Below, one piece after another: positions 20,873 through 33,269 of a DNA stretch of 56,350 bases. This DNA is from Psammoneis japonica (lineage: Eukaryota). Position 1 is the stretch's first letter. Each line of letters starts with the position of its first letter. The notes beneath the pieces are model-generated. The model was not told where the DNA came from. It made no database searches and saw only the letters and a program-made list of their open reading frames with translations. A program made the position numbers and the translations under genes. Location: NCBI GenBank assembly GCA_008632985.1, contig QPGO01000064.1, positions 372,001 to 428,350 on the forward strand. Direction: 5' to 3'.

Positions 20873-23271
20873 TTACATTGCATTACGATAGACAGACTGA
20901 ATATATTCGACAGGAGCTGGTTGGACTTGAATGCCAAGTTGCTCCATTTCCTTGGACGTGGCCGCTGCATAACCCTTGCCATGGCCCTGGATACCATTGA
21001 CCTGCAAACCCAAGGTTTCAATTGCATCCGTGAGGGCCGTGGCTCTTTCCACATCGGTGAAGGCATTTTGGAAACCAAAGAAACCTTGTCGTCCCTTCAT
21101 GGCGGCATTGGCGGCCACTGCCGTGGCCAACTCCATCATGCCATTAAAGGAAGAGAATTGATTGGGGCTTTGTTGAAAAAACTTGGTGGAACGGTAGCTA
21201 CCGAGCTGTACAATCGTTAAGCTTGGCAAGGCCTGTACCAAGGAGGTCAGTTTAATCAATGCGGCATCCGTACAACCATTGGAGCCCACTACGAGTCGCT
21301 CCAATGGAGGTGGTGTCTCCATGCCCAAAATGCCGTCGCAGAGTTCCGACATGCCCGAGTCACCGATTTGATTAACATTGCAAAAGAGAGATTCGAGCGA
21401 TGGAAAACGAGATACGACTTTTGCCACCAAGGCACCGTCCGTGATGGCATTAATATCCAAATACAAATGTTTCAATCCCGAAGGCGCCGTGACATCGTCG
21501 TTTGAGACCGAATCGTACCCATTCAAAAAGGCTTGAACACCTTCGTCGCACTGACCAGTGTTAAACAAGTCGAGCACCTCAATGCGTGGATTAAGATGCA
21601 ACATGCGACCTAAATAAAAGGACCCCGTCTTGATGGGATTCATCTTGAGCCATACATAGCGAGTATCTTTGGATTGCGCAAACGCCTCGGCAATTGACTT
21701 GATTTGCATTTCGGAAATGGCATTGCCGGCCAAATAAAAGGTTTCAATGCCCTTGGATTCGAGAATGAGGTTCACCAACGCTCGTTCCGCCTCACCTGTC
21801 ACGTCATTAGCCAAGGCCAAGTTGTTGCCAATCAAAAAGTGCTTTACAACATTGCTTTGCAGCACAGCATTACACAGCTCAGCAAATGCTGGTTGAGCAA
21901 CTTGTTTACAATTATCCAATCGTCCATCGGGAAACAAGACGCCACGTTTGAGCAGAATGGCCGTATCTGGCAAGGACGTGGCATTAGCCACCAAATCAAT
22001 AAGGGGTTGTACGACGGTCTTGTCAGGAATATCGACAGGAAGGGCTTCTGGTTTTCAATGGCATGGAGTTTGCACATTTTTGGTTTAGCTTGCAATCGTT
22101 CTCGTTTTCGGCGTTCGTCAATGGTTCGACGCAAGGTACGGAGCAAGCTTTTGAGCTTTTGTATCAAGGCGTATCGTTGCTTGTCCGGTTCGCCCTTGAA
22201 AAAGACCGCCGTTTCACCCGTCTTGTTGTCAACGAAAACGGCTCGAGCCAATACCAAGTGCGCCTCGACGCTGGCCGGTTCACGAAAATCGACACGGGGA
22301 ATGGCTAGGGCGTAATTCGAGGGCTCATCATCGCCGTTCCGTAGTGTCGCTTGATCTTGACGAATTTGCGGAGCAATGACGGTTTGAATGTATTCGTGTG
22401 ATAATTGCAAAAAACCGGTATCTATCGACAAGCCGCCATTGATGGGGACGACGAAACGCGCACTTTCGGAACCGGCATAACGGGCCAACGTCTTGTACTT
22501 TTTGAGTTGGTCCAGTTGTTGTAGCACGTCTTCCGTCAAGGGAGCTGCTTGTAAATTCTCCAAGACGTGATGGTAGTTTGCGGAATTAAACACAATAGAG
22601 CCATTTCCACGTTGCCGGGCGTAGGCCATGGAGATTTGTCCTACGGTTTGACCCGATTCGCGAATGACCGACTCGGGATAATTCTCGAGACCGGTATGAA
22701 CACTATGTGCTTCAAAACGAATCCCGAGCTCTTGGCACGCGGCCGGCACGGTGGTTTGCAAGAATGGATGAAATTCATTTTGGCAGATATCGGGCATGGC
22801 TTGTTCCAAGGTCATGGATGCCGGCAACTTCCCCTGTTGATGCAAGTCTTGGAGGGCTTCACACAAGTCACGCAATTGCTGCGCCGTATAGTTCGAAACA
22901 CCAATTTCTTGCACCACACAGTCCGCTTTGGCTTGTACCAAAATCAGGTAGGCCTGTATGGGCATGTGGCGATGAAGCAAGGCACGATACAAGTGGTTGC
23001 CATACCGTTCCTTTTCCGATTGTAAATCCTGTTGAAGAGCCGTCAAGTTCTTTCTGCGGAGCTTGGTGCCGACACGAACATGAGGAAATTGCTGAATGAT
23101 TCCTTGAATTACGGAAGAGTTGTTGTACGAGACGGCTGTATCCACGAGAGGTGACCCGATACCCGCAACAGCCTCCATGGCTTTGACAGCTTGGCCGCAT
23201 GCAATATCCAGGACTTCGTGCTTGAGACGGTACGTACCAAAGGCGACTTCAGGAAACGATATTTTTGTCAT
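20873..23271 (-). CDS. Aldo-keto reductase fused to RNI-type LRR domain, split by a 1-nt frameshift at ~22050
   Basis: AKR motifs FGTYRL, VDTAVSYNN, LLH, IGVSNY, QNEFHPF. LRR part DGRLDNCKQ, HFLIGNN, FYLAGNAI, WLKMNPI. Adding one C at gaaaac^cagaa gives a continuous ENPEALPVDIPDKTVVQPLIDLVANAT. Confidence 0.8.
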
Positions 23272-23798
23272 GGTTTTATCACTATTGTTTTGCGAGCGAA
23301 AGTAAGATTTCCTCGGAGTTAAAGGAGGAACATATCTCTGTCCAACCGTTGTGTGTATAGGTGTTATTGCCAGTTCATGCTGGATCTGAAACGCACACCT
23401 TTAATCATGTTTCATACCCGCGATATTGGAACTCATGGAACACCGCGGATTTATGCGTGGAATAATGAGAGATCGCGGATAAAATTGTGCGCGTTTCTCA
23501 CGTGCTGGAAGCTGGAAGTCCTCGCAATGCTATCTATTTCTTTTGGACGAATTGATCTCCCGGCTGGGTAGTTCCCTGTCGCAGCCATCTCTGAAGCAGC
23601 AGCAACAGCATTTTTGATATGGGGTTAATGCTGCTTTGATAGCCACAGAGCAGCAGACGCAGACGACCGACACACTCATCTCTTCATTCGAATGATGCAG
23701 ATGCACGCCACAAATTAGTCCAAGGAAGAGGCGATTCCCAACAAATTAAAGGCACTATCGACCTATTAAAGACATCTACCCTAAACACTTATAACAGC

Positions 23799-26700
23799 TC
23801 AAGCTCGAGAGATGACGCTGACCTTCGAGGTGCTGCAGTCAACACGGATCGTATCCCCATCCTAAATAGTGAAAGCCCCAAAAGGAAACAAAAGGAGTAA
23901 CGCTTGATAAGTGCAATGACACGCAAGGCTAAACACAAATCCAATGCGTCAATGAACCTCGTACCTTGAATTTGTCAGTCGCCGACTGAGTTCCGACGAC
24001 AGCTGGGATTCCGTACTCTCTCGCAACAACTTTAAAAAAGAAAGCAAGTGCAGGTGGAGAGGTAAGTTACAGAAACTATCAACAGCTCGATATCCAATCC
24101 TTTGGGACGCAGCTTTACTTACTTGCAGCATGACTAAGCATGCCCCCATAGTCAGTACAGATCCCCGCACATAGGCCGAGGACACAATTGAAAGAGGCCG
24201 AACACGAGAAGGTAACGACTACATCACCTTTCTTGACTTTTTTAAGGTCTCCATCATTCAACACAACGCAACAAGGGCCTTCAATCACTCCTGCAGATGC
24301 GGCAAGCCCCTTGACTGCGTCAGGATTGTTTTCAATGTCCTCGTCCTCGTCTTCGCCACCCTGTCCTTCGTCCCAAACACCACGCAACAAGCCAGTGTGA
24401 ATCGCACCCATGGTTCTACGAATGTTTGGAGGGAGCAGCATCGGATCTGGTTCCGGAGGAGGAACTCCAAGAGTTCTGGGAATCGCGTTCACGTCCGCCT
24501 GGATAATGTAGTCATATCTCCTTTCAAGCTCTCGCGGTGTCGGAACATCGACGGGCCCAATACGTACTCCGCTCTGGTCGGACAGCAAACTCAGGTCACC
24601 ACGAAGCAACGCAATCGCTTCATGCTTTCGAGTCACACACAAATGCTCGGCTTTGTAGATGACGCCATGTTCGACCAAACGGCGACCTCCTTCAAGCATG
24701 CCACGTCGGCACAAACCGATACCCGACAAGTCTGTCCAAAGACCACGCTCGTCTCGCATTCGGAAGAAACGGCGTCCAACATCCAACACGGCGTCAAACT
24801 CTTCATGTTTGTCAGCCGGCAGGGTGTCTTTCCATTCCTTGGCTGTTTCCAACACACGAGCTTCCGCTTTATGAAATGCGTCGGGGTCCTCTTTTGTTCC
24901 AGAGTACACTGTGTTGAGAAAGAACGACGGCGTCTCAACGAGGGTCGGAGTAATGAGATCGTATGACCCGGCCAGCCTCCAACTACGCGGTCATCACAAG
25001 AAAGGGTTAGGGTGGCTCATTGATACACAGTCGATGACGCGCTAAGACTTACCCGTAGCGACTCATGACTTGTCTCATGACTTCACCGAGCTCGCCAGGA
25101 AGGTGCAATAAACAATCAACGGCCCATGCAGCTTTGCTCTCCTCGACTTGCAACAGAGCCATGGCCTCATCGGACTGAACAAGAAGCTCGTACATTCTGG
25201 CCAAGAGCGGATCGTCGCGATTTAAAAGCCCCCTTGATTCAGGCGAGGCGCTCTCCAAGAGTGCCAAGGTTTCCATTGGGTCTTTCTTCATTAAGGCAGC
25301 CATACTATTCATGAAATCGCCGACCACAACAAACGCCGGAAAGGTATAAGTGTGATGGAGCTTCCAGAATTCGGCGGCCAAGTCAAAACAGCGAGCCACG
25401 TGCTTGACCAAGTCTCGATGACTGAGCGCAGAGGGGTTGACAGCAAGCAACTCATCATGAAGAGCTTTACATTCGGGAATAAAGAAGTCTCGAAACTCGC
25501 GATAATCATCTTCGTATAGCTTCTTGCTCCAGTAAGCCTCGGCAGCGCGTTCCAACGCATCCGACGGGGGACTCATGCTCGGTTGCGTGTAAACAAACTG
25601 ATGCACGTAGCGGAAATTAATGTCACTGATCAAACAACCGGTGCGCCGCCCGCGTTCCGTTGAATAGGCCAAGCTGTACGTATCTTGCATCCATGGGGAA
25701 AAAGGTCGCGGGAAGTGTGTTGGATCAAATGTCCAGAATCCTTCACCGGGCGGCAAAAACGAAAGCGACCCGGTACTTCCAAGCGTCGTGATGGGCCTCG
25801 ACTGCAATATCTTGAGATTGCCATTAGCGTCCACTGCCCATTCAATATCCTGAGGACGGTTGTAGTAATCTTCAACTGCGCGGGCCATTGCAGTAATCTG
25901 CAAGAGTTGTGTATTGGTGAGAACCGGTCCCTCAGCAACATCATCACCCAACGCAACCTTGACGACGCCGTCCATGTTTCGAGCTCGGACAAACTTGTGG
26001 GTCTGTTTGCTCAACTGTTGATATACTAGTTTCTTGGAGAATTTGTCCAACACATAACGATCCGGAGTGATCTCGCCACCAACAAGGCCTTCTCCCTGCC
26101 CATAGACGGCTTCAATCATGACTTCATTGGCTGAACCCCAGAGATTCTGAATACCAAAACAGAATGATAAAGAAAAGGAGAGTATGGTGAGAGCGCGCAA
26201 GAAATATTCAAAGAGGCCCTCCACAACGCATATTTTTTGTTCTGACATACCTGAGAGAAGCAAACTCCCGCCGCCTGGGCTTCCACCATTTTCATCACCA
26301 GCACTCCCATCTGAGGAGGCTTCATCTTTCCTGGACGATACGTCGAGGGCTCGTTTGTCAACGGCTCGTCCTTGACCTCCAGAAAGGTGGAGTGCCTGGC
26401 ATAGTCCACAATATGGGGCTTAAACATGCTTGCCCAGCACGATTTGATGCTCTCGCATACTTCTTCCGTTGTACTCTTGTAGAGATATGTGTCGTACTGG
26501 CCAGCAAAGGACTGAGAAGCCAAATCTTCAGCTGATCCAGAAGAGCGAACCGCCACCATTGTACCTCCTCCCAAGGAGTCCAAGAAAGTTTCAAGGTTCC
26601 CCACCACGTCTTCGTTGAGAGGTGTATCCATGATTTTCGTGCGAATCTCGGCGAGCTTCTTTTCCGTCTCCTCGCGAATCGTTTCATCGGCGAGGTTGCT

Positions 26701-27021
26701 TGCAAAGACCTCCTCCACCAAATCAACGACACCGGCATTGTCAATATGCATGGAGTAGACATAGGTCGGTAAAATAAAAGCCGGAGGCACGTCGAGTCCA
26801 TGCTTCATGAGACGCCAGCATTGCAAGGCCTTGCCTCCTACCAACGCCAGAGTCGCATCTTCGTAGCTAGCCAACGGACAACCGAGACTTGCATCGAACT
26901 TCGCTTTATCCAAAGTTGCTTGGAGCTCGACCAACTTCTGACGACTTGCAATAGACGGCCGACCGTCATTGGGCAGCACCCATGATCCACGTTGCATAAA
27001 CGCACTTTGACGTCGAGGCAT
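23799..27021 (-). CDS. PEP-utilising enzyme with rifamycin phosphotransferase/PigC-like architecture (PPDK_N, central domain, C-terminal His-swivel), multi-exon
   Basis: VGGKA, AVRSSGSAED..SFAGQYDT, GQGEGLVGGEITPD, PQDIEWA, LQSRPITT, TDYGGMLSHAA|VVAREYGIPAVVG|DGDTIRVD. Four GT-AG introns. Confidence 0.88.
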
Positions 27022-27460
27022 GTTGTAAATGTTGTTTAGAATGAAAAGTGAGACAATCTGCCTTCACAAGAAAGTGTGAGCATACATGGCGTGAAGTTGA
27101 GAAGTTTGAGGGGCACAAAGGAAATCCTCCGCAGTATCAACTTTCACGTAGAATCTACGTGGAAGGTGGCGCGATCTTTTTTCACAAGACGATTGATCCT
27201 GCACGCGCGCGATTCCTGCACAGCCGCGCGGCAAAGATCGCGCGAAAGATCGCGCAAGAGACGAGTGACGTGTTCTTTGTATGTTCCCGCCAAAATCAAA
27301 AAGCGTGCGAGCAAAAGATGCGGATGATGTGTGATGTGCATTTTGTTGACACAGCACAATCGTCACCATGCCCGATGCCAACGCATTACGGCAAAGTTTA
27401 AAGATCGTCACAAAAACAACATCACTCTCATAGATCAAAAGGTGAAAGTACGAAAGAAAA

Positions 27461-28836
27461 ATGAAGTTTGCGCCCTGGACTGTAGCTGCGTTCCTGTCGT
27501 CGTCACCGAATCCGCAACCAACATCGACCATGACGCAAAGCATGATGTTACCCGCCTTTCATACAACCACACCCAATAGCGAAAACATGGCGCTTGTTCA
27601 TACTGCAGAGAGCTCTTTGCCCTCTGCGCAGTCCTCTGGCTCTTCTTTGGCGACTGGTATTCGTGAATGGCTGGTACCGTCGGCATGGGCTGCTACACCG
27701 TCTCCCGAAAATGTGGAGCTCTTGCAAAAAGCAATGGCAGCCTTTTACGGTAATGATTTGGCGGGTACAGGACGCGATATGGATCAAGCGCTCGACTTGC
27801 TGACAAAGACGATATCGGTGTGGAAAGGTCAACCTGTGGACGAGCGTGCTACTCTGTTTAGGATCCGGGCGGATACAAACGTGGCACTCGGAAATGCTGC
27901 CGATGCGATTTCGGATTACGGGAATGCTATTGATTTGTTGGAATTGCCAGAGGGTGATCTTGCCGATCCTGGTGAGCTTCCAGCCGCTAAGCTGGGTCGA
28001 GCCCGCGCCATTCGAAGCTTGAAGCTCTCTGCAACAGATTCGCAATTGCAACAAGCTGCCAAGGATTACAAAGAAGCGCTTCGTTTGAGTTCTCGAGAGG
28101 ACTGGGATACAGATCAGGAGCGACAGGAGGATGGTGCTCAGCGCAACCCATATGCCGCCTGGGAATGGGGTACGTAACACGTAACCATTGGAAGTTCTAT
28201 TGGGTTGTTTGTCTCTGAATTTTTATTCTTATCCGTCGTTCGAATTTCTGCATACCGTTCTGTTTCACAATAGGACATGCATTGCGAGCGATTGGCGACT
28301 ACAAAGGAGCTTCTGAAGCCCACGCCTTGGCTTCGTTTGCCTTTGGTGAGATTGGTGACCGTGCTCATTCTGTAATGTCGTCTCTGGACACGGGGATTGA
28401 TCTGGCCGCTACCAACAACAATGTTGAAGAAACCAAAACGGAGCTATTGAACGCAATCAAACGAACAACGTCAGTCGAAGGACGTGATGTTGATTTGTTG
28501 CAGCGTGTTATTGCCAAAGAAGGAGAAGCTCGAGTTGCATTGGCGAGTGTCTTGTGGAATAGTGGAGATAAGCCGGGTGCTGAAAAGCAGTTGGGTGAAG
28601 CCTGCGTTCGCTTGGAACAACTTGAAGCGGACGCCCAAGAGCGACTCGCAAAAGAAAGTAAAAAGGGGGTAGATACTACTCAGGCAAGTAAGAAGCTCAA
28701 GTTTAGTATTGACGATACTCTGGGTGTGTTTGATATCAGTTGCAGTCGATTCAAGAATGACAAATTCTTGGCTGAGACCCTGGAGTGGCCGTCATCGCTA
28801 CGAGAAAAGGTCGCCAAACTAGAGAGTTTGAAATAA
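27461..28836 (+). CDS. TPR-like helical protein, possibly organelle-targeted (2 exons)
   Basis: Two consecutive ORFs separated by a GT-AG intron at ~28170-28272. TPR-like A..DY..AI motifs, RNPYAAWEWG. Confidence 0.75.
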
Positions 28837-29762
28837 AATGCTATTTTGCTTAACGAAATACGCTGTGGTCTAGTTATTTCCTTTCTTGAAGCTCCGTTTC
28901 TCGTTCGGTGCTGTTGTCAGTTCATTCCTTGATACACCCATCTAAATCCCCGTATCTCATTCCTTCATTTGATCAGGAGTTTTGTTCACGACGGACTCCT
29001 TGATCTTGGCTAGGGTTGTTTCTCTGTCAGGGCGCCCAGCTCTCTGAGGAGGTGTTGCTGCAGTTGGCGGTATACACTCGCAATGCCTCGCACATCTCTC
29101 GCACGTATCATAAGGGCACGCAGCTTGCTTTGTGAAACATTGGTGCTGGCGATCTTCGCGGAGACGTCCACACTGTTGCTTGAGTCTAGGCATGATGGAA
29201 AAGTGGTCCCCAGCTGGCCTTGGCGAACGAAACGAAGAGTGATCAAGTCTTGTACCGAACGGTAGAGCAAGCTCTAGAGTAAGCTAGAAAGGTTAATACC
29301 GTTCACAAAAAGTATGTTCTAGATATTGTGAGAGGTTCAGAGCTAGTCTCTGAACCGAAAAGTGATTGTAATCGAACTCACACTCGGAGAAGGTTTCATA
29401 AAAATCATTCCCGCGTGAGAGGCCGGTTCAGTCACTATTAGCTGATTTATGATATATATTCAGCCAGAAGATTCTAATATCGACCGTGCTAACAGTCGAT
29501 TCCTGTCAAGGCATGACAACCAAATCACGTCTTGCCGAGAGCTAATACAATGTCCTTGGATAATGATGATTGCCCTCGACTTTTTTGTAGCGCGTCCACC
29601 TTTTTATGTTTGAGATCTGGCATACTGTAGCATGCATATAACCTTTCGATTTCTCGCGGTGCGTTGCCGTGCCTGCTGACCGACGCGAAGCCTTTGCGTC
29701 TTCCATCAGTCGGATAGAAAATGCAAAGTAAACTCATGTTTGCAATTCCTTCATTAAATACT

Positions 29763-31208
29763 TCACGACATGAGCTCCATGACCCAATTCAGATGAGCGC
29801 GAAGCTGCATCGCAGCGTCGGAACTCATATCCCGAGGCACGCCTACGCGGTCTCTCAAGTATGTTAGGCATGTATCCAACTGTAGCGTTGGTGGTGTCCA
29901 AGTTGTATCACCAGTTTCCTCATTCCAATAGTAGGTGGATCCGTTCTCATCCTCATAGGCACCCCAATTCGCACGAAGCTCACCTGTACCTTTGCTACCC
30001 GCAAGATCCAGTTTGGCAGCAGCCATGGCGTTGTCAGTGCCTTCGATCAAAGCAACAGTGACATGGCGTAGGCATGTATCCACCGCATCGAAAAAGTCTT
30101 CATTTGGTTCGGCGTACGGATCTGCAAGCTCGGCGTGGAAGGCAGGCCGACCTGGCTCTCCGGCGCCTCGGCAGGCAAACTGAACGATGTTGCTGGGGTT
30201 CTTGATGAGGCAATAGGCAGCTTCGTGTCTCCCCTTTGTGGTTACTAAAGGAAGGCTCCAGGCACCATTTAAGCCGCATATGTGGTCGGCATATTCTCTC
30301 GCTTCTGGAATCATGTATCCTGGCCCATTCTGTGACGGCATGGCCTTTGCGAGTGTGTAGTCATCGGATTTGCTAGCTTGGTAACTGGGCCTTTCATCCC
30401 ATCGCGATAGCCACAAATCTAAATGTCGATACTTCCCCTTGATCTGAATGCCTTTATAATACAGAGTGGAACTCAGGAGTTGTTCCATTGTGGGAATAAA
30501 GTGCATGTCGATAACGGATGGCGAATCGCCTCCTAGAAACCACGGACCGGGGGTTTCACCAAGTGCGTCGTCCACCCGTTGAAGAGCCTTTTCAAAGTAC
30601 AAGCGGGCAGCAACTAGCGCCTCATCTTGAACAGGATAAAAGACCAATGAGAACCATACTCGTTGCAAGTCTTGCTCTAACTCAATGAGGGCCTTGTACT
30701 TGTCGTCGGAAGGACTTATGGAGTGTTCCTCTCTGGAAAACGTAGCATGAAGCAGTTCCATAATTTGAAGACTCTCGGTGTATAGATTTCCATCCAATTG
30801 AATAGCAGGTAACTTGCCTCCATCTACCAACCTGGTGAACCATGCTGGTTTGTCTCCATACGCATTCAACGGTACCTTTTCGACCATATATGGTACTTTG
30901 AGCTCCTCTAGTGTAAGCCACACCTTTTGACAGTAGTTGCACCACGCTGCGGAGTCACGATAGAATTTGACGCGGACATGATCTTTCTTGGAACCAAACA
31001 ATCGGAGAGATGCGTCTGTGTGAGGTGGCCCTTCACCCAATTCTCGTTCCTTCTCCTCACGGTCCAACCTCTGACCCTCTGGAGTTGCAACGAGACGTTT
31101 TCTCAGTTCTTTCCATGAAGGTGCATTATCTGATGGTAAAACGGCCAGAGCATCAATGGTTTCGACATATAAGAAGAATAGAATCAAGAGCAGCATCAGT
31201 AAGAGCAT
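29763..31208 (-). CDS. Glutathione S-transferase (Cys-type, DHAR/lambda-like) with an inserted WW domain
   Basis: Signal peptide. YRDSAAWCNYCQKVWL, GKLPAIQLDG, TESLQIM, GPWFLG. WGAYEDENGSTYYWNEETGDTTWTPP. YLRDRVGVPRDM. Confidence 0.88.
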   Translation of the reverse strand: MLLLMLLLILFFLYVETIDALAVLPSDNAPSWKELRKRLVATPEGQRLDREEKERELGEGPPHTDASLRLFGSKKDHVRVKFYRDSAAWCNYCQKVWLTLEELKVPYMVEKVPLNAYGDKPAWFTRLVDGGKLPAIQLDGNLYTESLQIMELLHATFSREEHSISPSDDKYKALIELEQDLQRVWFSLVFYPVQDEALVAARLYFEKALQRVDDALGETPGPWFLGGDSPSVIDMHFIPTMEQLLSSTLYYKGIQIKGKYRHLDLWLSRWDERPSYQASKSDDYTLAKAMPSQNGPGYMIPEAREYADHICGLNGAWSLPLVTTKGRHEAAYCLIKNPSNIVQFACRGAGEPGRPAFHAELADPYAEPNEDFFDAVDTCLRHVTVALIEGTDNAMAAAKLDLAGSKGTGELRANWGAYEDENGSTYYWNEETGDTTWTPPTLQLDTCLTYLRDRVGVPRDMSSDAAMQLRAHLNWVMELMS

Positions 31209-31501
31209 TTCAGAGAATAATTCATCACAAAAGACTGCTTGCCGTGACGACAAACCGCCATGGCCTATCGGTAGCCCTACTCTGCTGCACCGCGGAGGGA
31301 GGTCGAGTCGTCGAGAAAACGAATACAAACAACTATATACTTGTATATATTTTATGATACTCATTTTTCTTCAAGCGCGATCGCCGATCGCATCGCGACG
31401 ACGAGAGTATGAAAACAAGTCAGCAAGAGAGACGCGTTGCGGCCGCTTCCCAGGAATGCAAACACACTAACAGCCCTGTTTTCTTGAAATAGGACGTCAA
31501 G

Positions 31502-32815
31502 ATGAGCAATAATAAACGACGTACACTTCCTCCCAGGAAATCTGTAAGCATTGGCGATGATGCTCCTAACAACATGAGCAAGAAATCAACCGTGGTGGCT
31601 CCTTCCTCTTTGCCTGCTTATGGAAAGTCGTTGTTTCCCATCATTTGGAAAATTGACCCACTGAGCTCTACATTCAAGTGCATCATGATGTTTGCAACAT
31701 TCATCAGTCTCTGTGCTTTGTTTTTTCTTCCGAGTCTCATGACGATTTTTGCAGAGATGGACGGGAGTTGGGACGAACTGCACGGGGTAAATTCGTTCCT
31801 GTCTCTCATGGAGGCGACCTTGGGACTGTCGGATAAGCAAGTGCTCGCTGCATTCGCAATTACTTTATTCGTCTTTGGAGGACTCGTGGCAGCCGACCTT
31901 GTGCTGGGTAAGAACAAGGAAATTTATCCTTCAAGTTGGAATACGGACAATGCCACTTGCTATCTGGAAATGTTTGCAGAGCCAACGAGACTCGATCGAT
32001 TGATCCGACGACCGGGAAATGCGCTTTCCAATGCGTCCTATTTCTTTGGATCGGTGTGTATTTTGTTGTCCACGTCTACAGACAATACCTTTTGGATGGG
32101 GGACGTTATGTTTGGAATTATGCTCTTTATTCTTGCGCTCGCATCTGTAGTTTGGCACGGTTCCAATGCGCCTGCCTCACAGTATCCAGATTTATGGTCC
32201 ATGGACGGTTGCATCTTGTATTTGATAATACGCTATGGCTGCTTTGGAGGAATGTGTTTGTTGAAAACTTACAACCCTGTGCTTATCAGGAATCTAGCCG
32301 GATGGACATGTGTCACTATCTTTGCCTTTGTCACTTACAAAATTGGCATGTTTCAACGCCGGCTCTATGAGAAGAGATGGCTTCACGGATCATGCCCCTT
32401 TGCGGTGCGATCGCGTCTTGTTGGCAAGTCGGATCTCTTTGGGCATGGGCACGTGGATATTCGAGTCATGACCGTGTGCGCCTATGTTGCTCTACCTGTT
32501 TATTACACTGCTATACCTACAGCTATTCAATTTTGGTGCGTGGGATCAATGGGATCCGTCTTGGCTGCCAACCTTGCATTTCGAACGCTCTTGATTGGTT
32601 GGACGTACCGCATGTTGGATCGATGGACTCTGGATGGGTGTTTCTTGATAAACTGGATTGTACAGCTCAAGCCTGCTACACCTCTGGGCTTTGCAGGACA
32701 AACAGTATTTGCAGCCATCGCTTCGCCGACCGCTGTGTTGCATGCCATGACGGGAATAACACTACTTGCAGGATACATGCACGCCCGTTCAGTGGATAAA
32801 ATGGCGTGGAGTTAG
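31502..32815 (+). CDS. Multi-pass membrane protein, CREST/ceramidase-like
   Basis: RPGNALSNASY, SxxxH (ASVVWHGS), later D and H residues, multiple TM segments. Confidence 0.65.
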   Translation: MSNNKRRTLPPRKSVSIGDDAPNNMSKKSTVVAPSSLPAYGKSLFPIIWKIDPLSSTFKCIMMFATFISLCALFFLPSLMTIFAEMDGSWDELHGVNSFLSLMEATLGLSDKQVLAAFAITLFVFGGLVAADLVLGKNKEIYPSSWNTDNATCYLEMFAEPTRLDRLIRRPGNALSNASYFFGSVCILLSTSTDNTFWMGDVMFGIMLFILALASVVWHGSNAPASQYPDLWSMDGCILYLIIRYGCFGGMCLLKTYNPVLIRNLAGWTCVTIFAFVTYKIGMFQRRLYEKRWLHGSCPFAVRSRLVGKSDLFGHGHVDIRVMTVCAYVALPVYYTAIPTAIQFWCVGSMGSVLAANLAFRTLLIGWTYRMLDRWTLDGCFLINWIVQLKPATPLGFAGQTVFAAIASPTAVLHAMTGITLLAGYMHARSVDKMAWS

Positions 32816-33269
32816 GAATCGCAGTGTTGGAGAATAATGCTTCCAAAGAGATGATGCATTGTTTGTCGCACGAATCATCCAATAGAGATATAATCAATGT
32901 TGCTACGGTACCTCTAGAGGAATCCAAGAGGAGATTCTAGAGGTGGCTTGTGGCCAATGACTGATTAACAATAGAGAGTTGGAAGAGTCGACTCACTTTC
33001 TCTCTTACTGTACGATAGAGAATAGAAGCTACAGTTACCGGTAGTGACTTCCAAGTCCCCTGTACGCTTGTCCGTACCGGTATTTCGGGTGCGCGATGTG
33101 CGCGCATAGTCAATCACTCTGCGCGACGATCCTATCGATTTCAGATTATCCGCCTCATCACTCATCACCATGGCGTCGGATGGGCGCTGCTGCCATCACG
33201 CTAACAAGTCTCGTCGTTATTGCTATTGTATTCCGTCCTTATAACCCCATCTCGCTGCATTATTGAACC

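Noticed and set aside
28957..29193. Small Cys-rich ORF (CPYDTCERCARHCEC)
   Set aside because: Short and without clear family. May be a TE remnant.
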